Assembly (NCBI GenBank): GCA_048940925.1
Contig: JBHLOC010000015.1
Span: 9,021-73,020, forward strand
Length of the DNA stretch: 64,000 nt
Reading direction: 5' to 3'
Source of the DNA: Promethearchaeota archaeon
GTDB taxonomy: Archaea > Asgardarchaeota > Lokiarchaeia > Sigyniarchaeales > SOKP01
Each line of letters starts with the position of its first letter. Position 1 is the first letter of the stretch. The position numbers were made by a program, and so were the translations under genes. Under the pieces are notes generated by a model. It saw only the letters and a list, made by a program, of their open reading frames with translations, ran no database searches and was not told where the DNA came from. This document shows, one piece after another, positions 57,689 through 64,000 of this stretch.

Positions 57689-57704
57689 GTGTGAAACTTC
57701 ACAC
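57689..57704. promoter_or_regulatory. Palindrome upstream of the FrhB-like gene (candidate operator)
   Basis: GTGTGAA-AC-TTCACAC with perfect 7-bp arms, 34 nt upstream of the ATG. Confidence 0.4.
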
Positions 57705-57816
57705 TATAATAGAAATAATTGAGCAGAAAATATAAAGTTTAAACTTTCCGTTTAATAGGCTAAAAATATAAGATAATTGCTTTTTTCATTTTAGTCAAAA
57801 AAATAAAAAATATATT

Positions 57817-57978
57817 ATAAAGTCAAAAAAGAATTATGAAATAGAGGATGTTTATGTTCTAGCTTCAAAGAAGTATGAAAATCTTAAGGTTAATACAGAA
57901 AAAATATAGGAGCAGCTAAAAGAAATTCCAATCTCAATTCATACTTTGTAGGGTGATGATGAAAAAATATTCCAGTAG
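57817..57978 (+). pseudogene. Decayed N-terminal fragment of L-rhamnose isomerase
   Basis: Reads IEDVYVLASKKYENLKVNTEKI*EQLKEIPISIHTL*GDDEKIFQ*, colinear with the RhaA N-terminus (YxLAKxxYxxxGVDxE...LxxIPISxHCWQGDD). Confidence 0.65.
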
Positions 57979-58049
57979 GATAATCTTTGATTAATGAAAT
58001 TGAGAAATATTAAATGAAGTATTAAAAAAGAGAAGTTTATCTTAAGAAG

Positions 58050-58340
58050 TTAACATTCCTCATCGGAATCCTCCAAAAAACGAGAGCAGGTATCATCTAG
58101 TTTTTTAATTAAGTGGTCCCGATCTTTCCATGATATCCAAGTATTTCCTGATTTTTCAAAATTAAATCCTTCATATTCATCATATATCTTAGCTAGAGTT
58201 TTTTTAATAAAACTCCAAGAGAAACCTGTGTCTTCCACAATTTTTGCTATGGCAATAGGATGATTAATTTCAAGATGATTATTAAAGTAATCAATGATTT
58301 TTTCAAATCCAGATTTAGGAGATGTATTTGTTTCAGACAT
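58050..58340 (-). CDS. Small winged-helix/HTH-like protein
   Basis: IAIAKIVEDTGFSWSFIKKTL HTH-like pattern followed by a beta-hairpin-like segment. Confidence 0.55.
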   Translation of the reverse strand: MSETNTSPKSGFEKIIDYFNNHLEINHPIAIAKIVEDTGFSWSFIKKTLAKIYDEYEGFNFEKSGNTWISWKDRDHLIKKLDDTCSRFLEDSDEEC

Positions 58341-58430
58341 CTTAATTAGATATTAATAAGTATTCAAATAATTAAATTCCTTGTATTTTCAAAAATATGA
58401 TAAAAAAAGTATTAGTGTAGAAATATAGTT

Positions 58431-59429
58431 CTATTTTTTCCCTTCTTTATGAAAAAAAATAGCATAGAGCCCAAATAGTAATGTACAAATTAAAAATATA
58501 CCTAATAACCAAAGATGTAGGTTTATAATAAAGTCAGTAGGAGGAGGAGATCCTGTAATAATGGGTATGATTTTTGTTAATTGAGCATATAATTTCATTA
58601 TTATAACAAATAATGATATTGTATCAGCTCTAAAAATCTTTAGCTTACTCTTTAAATAATCTACTTTATCAAATATGGAGCCAACAATAAAGAGAAAAAG
58701 GAAAAGATCAATTAAAAATGAAAACCAAACATATGTTGGAGTAATTGGAAATGTAAGTTCCGCCATAGTGTCAATAATTATGAAAAGGATATATAAAAAG
58801 GTTAAGATAAAAAATAAGGGGATAAAAGCTGCTAACTTTTGAACAAACAGAAGTCTTATAATAACAAAAGCCATTAAAATTAAATCCACCCAAAACACAA
58901 TACGAAATACATCTCCACTTGATGGGAGAATAGTTTGAAAATATAACCAAGCTATTCTATAAATCCACCATGTTAGAAAACCAAAAACTACAAATTCTAA
59001 TGTTCGTGTAATTTTTCTTGATTTTTTTTTTTTATACAAATAATCATCAATTTTAGTAGAAGAATCAATACACAATTTGAATGCAAAAAAAGAAGTCAAT
59101 ATCTGATTTGATATAATAAAAACACTCCAAAAAATAGGACGTTTCATTATATTTTCGAATACGAAAATTATTGTTAATGATAATAAAAATAAAATAAGAA
59201 TTATCGTAAAACCTAATTTATCAATAGGTCTTATGAATGAAACTATTAATAATAGTAAAGCAAAAAATCCTAAAACTCCAATAAATTGTAAAATAAAGGA
59301 GTTATATCCATAAGAAGGAATATAGGCATATCCAATTAATAGCAGAAACCAAGCTATAATGAATAGTATTATTATTATAGCAAAAATGGGTTTTTTAAAT
59401 AAATTTTTCAAGCCAGAAATGAATGACAT
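58431..59429 (-). CDS. Hypothetical polytopic membrane protein
   Basis: About 10 hydrophobic segments. No motif recognised. Confidence 0.65.
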   Translation of the reverse strand: MSFISGLKNLFKKPIFAIIIILFIIAWFLLLIGYAYIPSYGYNSFILQFIGVLGFFALLLLIVSFIRPIDKLGFTIILILFLLSLTIIFVFENIMKRPIFWSVFIISNQILTSFFAFKLCIDSSTKIDDYLYKKKKSRKITRTLEFVVFGFLTWWIYRIAWLYFQTILPSSGDVFRIVFWVDLILMAFVIIRLLFVQKLAAFIPLFFILTFLYILFIIIDTMAELTFPITPTYVWFSFLIDLFLFLFIVGSIFDKVDYLKSKLKIFRADTISLFVIIMKLYAQLTKIIPIITGSPPPTDFIINLHLWLLGIFLICTLLFGLYAIFFHKEGKK

Positions 59430-59578
59430 TTTATAAATCTCATATCGATGATTTTAAAATGTGTATATTAACTACAATTTAAGTTTTTTGATAAACGCTT
59501 ATTCATGGATAAGTCTGACAAAGAGTTAAAAATTCGATAATTTAATTCCTATTACAACTAGATTAATTTAGTAACTTA

Positions 59579-60772
59579 TTATCTCATTTTAATGAAATCA
59601 CCAGATTTCATTAAATTACAAGGTTTCAAATAGTTAATACCTGATTTTTGAGTAAACTCTTCTAATAACTTGCTCCATTTTTTATAATTTCTTTTCCCTG
59701 CTCCAAATGGTCCAGGCATATCCATCCCAGCTATCATAGTATCATCTATCATCTTATAATTTCTAACAATACCTTCTTCTAAAAGTTTACAACCTTCATT
59801 TAATTGAATTGCATAGTATAATTCTAAATTGAATATATTTGCTTTTTCATTATTAGTAATTATGTGTTTACCTTCCTTCCACTCGTATAGTCCTTTTCCT
59901 GTCTTTTTTCCTAATTTTTCCTCTTTTAGTAAAGTTTTCAGAGTTTTTCCTGGAGCAAATTGAGGAGATAATTCTTTAGCAAAATAATTGAGAGTATCAC
60001 ATATTACATCAATACCAAAATAATCCCATTTTGCAAATGGTCCTATAGCGGGATAAGAAACAACGTCATTATCAATAGTCTCTATTGGAATGCCTTTTTC
60101 CATAGCCATATCAAGAAGCCAATTTAGATATAAACTAGACCCTATAGTTAATCTATTAACAATAAATCCAGGACTTTCTTTTTCAAGTTTTGCAATGTAT
60201 CTTTTACCTTTTAACGCGGGAAATTTCTCACCAATTGCAACACTAATATCAAATGTCTCTTGGGATGTATTAGCCCCCTTAGTAACTTCAATTAACCTAA
60301 GAACTACAATAGGAGTAAAAAAATGCATACCAATAACCTTATCTGCTCGTCCAGAAGATTTTGCTATCTTAGTTATACTCATTGTTGATGTATTTGTTGC
60401 TAGAATAGCATGCTTTGGAGAAAAGTTCCCTAATTTTTTAAAAATTTCTTGTTTGAGATCCATATTTTCTGGTACAGATTCAATCACAAAATCAACGTTC
60501 TCAACAGTTTCTTCTATATCTCTATTCAAGATGAGATTTTTCATTAATAACTCTGGAGTAACTTCCTCATCAAGAAGATCTTTTGATTTAAGTTTATTTA
60601 AACCATTTTTAATAAAATTTTCTGCTTTTGTAATGGTTTCTATCGATCTACTATATAAAAAGATCTTTTCAAAACCTGCCATAAGTGCAACTTGAGCAAT
60701 TTCGCGTCCCATTGTTCCAGCACCTACTACAGCAATTTTTTTGATATTACTAATTTTAACCACAAAAATCAA
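59579..60772 (-). CDS. 3-hydroxyacyl-CoA dehydrogenase-family protein
   Basis: VVGAGTMG, IESVPE, LATNTS, GMHFF, PGFIVNR and LGKKTGKG. The C-terminal domain is duplicated. Confidence 0.92.
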   Translation of the reverse strand: MIFVVKISNIKKIAVVGAGTMGREIAQVALMAGFEKIFLYSRSIETITKAENFIKNGLNKLKSKDLLDEEVTPELLMKNLILNRDIEETVENVDFVIESVPENMDLKQEIFKKLGNFSPKHAILATNTSTMSITKIAKSSGRADKVIGMHFFTPIVVLRLIEVTKGANTSQETFDISVAIGEKFPALKGKRYIAKLEKESPGFIVNRLTIGSSLYLNWLLDMAMEKGIPIETIDNDVVSYPAIGPFAKWDYFGIDVICDTLNYFAKELSPQFAPGKTLKTLLKEEKLGKKTGKGLYEWKEGKHIITNNEKANIFNLELYYAIQLNEGCKLLEEGIVRNYKMIDDTMIAGMDMPGPFGAGKRNYKKWSKLLEEFTQKSGINYLKPCNLMKSGDFIKMR

Positions 60773-60851
60773 CTATTTTTCTTATTTATACTATTTTTAT
60801 TAGCTTATTATTTAATAAAATAAATATCAATTAAATTATAAAGCTTTAAAT

Positions 60852-61892
60852 TCAAAATATTGAGAATAAATACCAAGATAATAACATCGTTCCAATACCA
60901 AGAAAGATTGAAATAGGTAAACCAGGCAATATTTTATTACGTTTCAATCCTGTAATCGTTATTCCTGTCCCAATAATAATAGCAATTGAAGTTAAAACCA
61001 TAACAAATATATTATTTGTCTGAACTAGTGCACTTGAAGTAAGCATGCTATAAAAAGCCAAATCACCAATCCCTATTTCTAATTTAGAGGTATCATAGGC
61101 ATATTCACCACTTTTAATTTTTACCTTTATTTCTTCTCCGGATAATACCTCTTCATCATTTGGTTGCGACGCTATATCAATTAACTGCTTAATTGGTCCA
61201 TGTTTATAGAAAACGGCAAAAATATCCCAACATGAAATCCCTATTAAGATGGCCAATGTAGTCCAGAGTGGCATTAAAACGCCCATAGACGCTCCAATTA
61301 ATAAACCTATATATAAAACGATAAAATTTTTAGTGCTAATTGATTTTGAAGTAAAATACCTATAAATCATGAAAATTGTGAAAACTGCAGTAAAGAAAAT
61401 TAATTCAACATCGAGAAGATAAAACAAATTAGCATTATTATAAAAAATTAAATATAATATAATTTCACCAAAAAACCAAGTTTGGAAAAAAGAAATTAAA
61501 CCAAAACCTATCCCAAAAATGTACATTAAGATACCTATTCCTTTTCTCTTAATTAAAAAAATTATGATGAATGCTGTAAATGCTGCTAGTGTTGTATAAA
61601 TTAGACCATTTAGAAGCCCACCAATTGCACCAAATTTACTTTCAGAAAAATATCCACCATCAATTTGGACTCCTGCTTCTACATAAGTCAAATACGATAA
61701 AATACCCGCTATTACCACAACAATTAATATAGGAAATGGATATAATTTTCTTTTAGTTCTATAAGTTGGAAAGAAATGAGGAATAAAATCTTTTTGAACC
61801 GTTTTATCATCTTTTTCATTTTCTTCAGAAGAATTTTTAACTAATTGCCTCTTTACTGCTATATCTTCCGAACTATCTGAATTCTCTGCCAT
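60852..61892 (-). CDS. Presenilin-family intramembrane aspartyl protease
   Basis: About 9 TM. WDIFAV..GP (first catalytic Asp), IGIGDLAFYS (GxGD) and LPGLPISI (PAL-like). Confidence 0.9.
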   Translation of the reverse strand: MAENSDSSEDIAVKRQLVKNSSEENEKDDKTVQKDFIPHFFPTYRTKRKLYPFPILIVVVIAGILSYLTYVEAGVQIDGGYFSESKFGAIGGLLNGLIYTTLAAFTAFIIIFLIKRKGIGILMYIFGIGFGLISFFQTWFFGEIILYLIFYNNANLFYLLDVELIFFTAVFTIFMIYRYFTSKSISTKNFIVLYIGLLIGASMGVLMPLWTTLAILIGISCWDIFAVFYKHGPIKQLIDIASQPNDEEVLSGEEIKVKIKSGEYAYDTSKLEIGIGDLAFYSMLTSSALVQTNNIFVMVLTSIAIIIGTGITITGLKRNKILPGLPISIFLGIGTMLLSWYLFSIF

Positions 61893-62041
61893 ATTCTTGA
61901 ATTTAATTTAATATGTATAAAAATTAATTTACTTTATAATATTATTACTGATTTAAATACCTAATATTTATGAATTTAAATATTTCATGATAGTCTCATA
62001 ATTAGTAAAATAGAATAAATTAAAATCCAAATATTCTGATA

Positions 62042-62815
62042 ATGAAGAAATTTCGGAAATATGAAAAAAAAATATCTAACTACATTCAAAAATTATCAAA
62101 ATTAAGAGTTAAAGAAAAATTAAGACAACTAGTTTATAAAATAGGAATATATCACATCTCTGATTTTGAGTTAATTAAAGAAACTCCAAGTCAGAAAATA
62201 TTTCCTTGTCAGGTAGGTATTTTATTTACGGGGGATTTTAATAATAAACTTTTTGATAAAATTAAAGTGAATTTAGAGCAAATTTTTAATTCTTTCTTCT
62301 ATAATATTAGAAATTTAGGTGAGTATACCTTCTCCAAAGTGCTTTTTCTGAAAGGTACAAAAAAGGAATTTAAAGAAAAAAGAAAAAGTAATAAAAAATT
62401 AAAATTACATCCCACAAATAAATTTTATAAGATTCTCATAGATAAGAAAAAGGAAGAGAATCTTGATATTATATGTGTTATTACTGAGCTTCCGATATTT
62501 TCAAGTAAAGATGATAATATTATTTTTTTATTTGGGGAAGCTCAACTCCAACATCAGTGTTGTATAGTATCAACATTAACACTAAATGAAACTTTCTATA
62601 ATAGGAATGAAGACCAAAATTTATTTGAACATAGAATAATAAAAGAATTTATTCATGAAATTGGACATTTGATATTAGGACCTGGACATTGTCAAAATAA
62701 TTCTTGTGTTATGAGATTTTCCAAAGATGTCGAAGAAATTGATCAAAAATCCTTTAAGTTGTGTGAAAATTGTAGAAGTAATCTAAATGACATTAGAGAA
62801 CGATTTAATTTCTAA
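62042..62815 (+). CDS. Archaemetzincin-family Zn metalloprotease
   Basis: KEFIHEIGHLILGPGHCQNNSCVMRFS...D.K...LCENC (metzincin motif plus Cys4 Zn site). Confidence 0.88.
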   Translation: MKKFRKYEKKISNYIQKLSKLRVKEKLRQLVYKIGIYHISDFELIKETPSQKIFPCQVGILFTGDFNNKLFDKIKVNLEQIFNSFFYNIRNLGEYTFSKVLFLKGTKKEFKEKRKSNKKLKLHPTNKFYKILIDKKKEENLDIICVITELPIFSSKDDNIIFLFGEAQLQHQCCIVSTLTLNETFYNRNEDQNLFEHRIIKEFIHEIGHLILGPGHCQNNSCVMRFSKDVEEIDQKSFKLCENCRSNLNDIRERFNF

Positions 62816-62833
62816 TAAAACTCAACACCAAAA

Positions 62834-64000
62834 TTAAAAACTGACAATAGGTAACTTTTGGATGAATTCTTTAACCAAATTTACCCGTTCTTTCCTTTCT
62901 TTTTTGTAATATCTTAGCGGGTAAAGCTCATTAATCAGAAATTTATAGATTTTTATCCAAATTTTAGCAATATTACTTATTCTATAGTTCTCAGCCATTT
63001 TTTGCGCATTCTTTCCCATTTCCCTTCGAAGATCATCATCTTTAAAAAGTGTTACTGTGTTTTCTTCAAATTCATCCAAATTATTTGCTAAATAGCCAGT
63101 TTTTCCATGTTTAATTACATCTGAAATGCCACAACTATTTGCTCCCACACATGGAGTGCCTTGTGCCATACTCTCTAAAAGCACTAATCCCTCAGCTTCT
63201 ATCCAAGACCAAAGACAAGAGATATCTGCGGTATTATATAATTTTAGCAAATCAGTAAAAGGAACTCTACCCAAGTATGAAACATAATCTCTATATTGCT
63301 TCTTGTTAATTAATTTTAGGATATGTGATGAAGATGGTCCATCACTTCCGACAAGAACTAAATGTGAGTCAGGTACTTCTCTATGAATTTTCTTGAAAGT
63401 TTTTATAATGCTTAATTGATGCTTTTCGGGAGAGAGTCTTGAAGCGTAAAGCATAATTTTATTACTATCTAAGTTGTACTTATCTCTTATGCCATTTTCT
63501 TTAACATCAGTATAATATAAATCGGATATCCCATTGGACAAACAAATAATGGGTTCTTTGAATCTCTGCTTTCTTAATAAATCTTTTTTTGACATAGTTG
63601 GAACTGAAACAAGATCATATTTGTCTAAAACATGTCTTTCATATCGCCATACCCAATCCATCCGCGACAACAGTTTCCCTACAATAGGAATATATTGGGA
63701 AGTATAATATGAGAGTGGTGAATTATGTGTACCACACATTGGAATTCCAATATATTTTGCCCAATTTATCGCCATTGATCCAAAACTAGCATGTGTATGA
63801 ATATGGGCGATATCCAAATAATCGTGCTGACAAAAGAAGTATTTATGTAATGGGAAGCTTAGTACAAAACCAGTTTTAGGAGATATTTTTGCTCCAAAAA
63901 AATTATGAAGACAAAGATTTTTAGGGCTATTTTTTGGTTTTTGAATTCCTGGAGCATATATATGCACAGTATGATCAGTATATTTTACGATTGCTTCTGC
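62834..64000 (-). CDS. GT4-family glycosyltransferase (5' end outside the window)
   Basis: HIHT, SNGI, SRLSPEK and EAEGLVLLESMAQGTP. The frame is open to the window edge. Confidence 0.88.
   Translation of the reverse strand, partial: AEAIVKYTDHTVHIYAPGIQKPKNSPKNLCLHNFFGAKISPKTGFVLSFPLHKYFFCQHDYLDIAHIHTHASFGSMAINWAKYIGIPMCGTHNSPLSYYTSQYIPIVGKLLSRMDWVWRYERHVLDKYDLVSVPTMSKKDLLRKQRFKEPIICLSNGISDLYYTDVKENGIRDKYNLDSNKIMLYASRLSPEKHQLSIIKTFKKIHREVPDSHLVLVGSDGPSSSHILKLINKKQYRDYVSYLGRVPFTDLLKLYNTADISCLWSWIEAEGLVLLESMAQGTPCVGANSCGISDVIKHGKTGYLANNLDEFEENTVTLFKDDDLRREMGKNAQKMAENYRISNIAKIWIKIYKFLINELYPLRYYKKERKERVNLVKEFIQKLPIVSF

Noticed and set aside
57817-57978. In-frame TAG codons as possible pyrrolysine or amber read-through
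   Set aside because: Conserved residues beside the TAGs are also decayed (HCW to HTL) and most of the gene is missing, which fits pseudogenisation.
132-60695. Short ORF-track ORFs overlapping longer genes (e.g. 132-350, 9130-9345, 9822-10106, 19675-19866, 24238-24555, 29112-29465, 60090-60695)
   Set aside because: They are antisense or out-of-frame shadows of well-supported genes and show no motifs. 19675-19866 is antisense to the N-terminal half of the Sec-peroxiredoxin.
1-64000. tRNA, rRNA, CRISPR arrays, transposases or integrases
   Set aside because: No GC-rich cloverleaf or rRNA-like segments, no regularly spaced direct repeats and no recombinase or transposase motifs were seen by eye. 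tRNAscan-SE and Infernal would be needed to exclude small RNAs.

Overview
Strongly AT-rich, gene-dense archaeal chromosomal segment, most likely from an Asgard archaeon of the Lokiarchaeia type (inferred from gene content). It has a conserved archaeal informational operon (pus10-rpl21e-rpoF-DUF655-ksgA-hemK-like), rpl35ae, an HMf-type histone, NurA, an XPD/Rad3 helicase, a gcvT-H-PA-PB glycine-cleavage operon, TldD/TldE, glycogen-related enzymes and many transporters and hydrolases. Eukaryotic-signature-type genes are abundant: three Rab-like small GTPases, a Snf7/ESCRT-III protein, a Roadblock/LC7 protein, a Sec23/24-like Zn-finger+vWA protein and a presenilin. No rRNA, tRNA, CRISPR array or intact mobile element was seen. 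Five observations are not explained by the ORF track. (1) A peroxiredoxin-like gene has an in-frame UGA in a U-x-x-C active site (probable selenoprotein) and a candidate 3' SECIS. (2) A 670-aa protein appears to join a FYVE-like Zn finger, a PH-like domain, an N/Q/P-rich linker and a Tsg101/Vps23-type steadiness box, 1.2 kb from the ESCRT-III gene. (3) Three conserved genes (rpl21e, XPD, gcvPB) appear to start at ATT/ATA, each exactly 7 nt after a GGTG Shine-Dalgarno. (4) A second histone copy has an apparent 16-codon internal deletion. (5) Several short decayed gene remnants lie in intergenic gaps. All family assignments come from manual motif recognition, not database searches.
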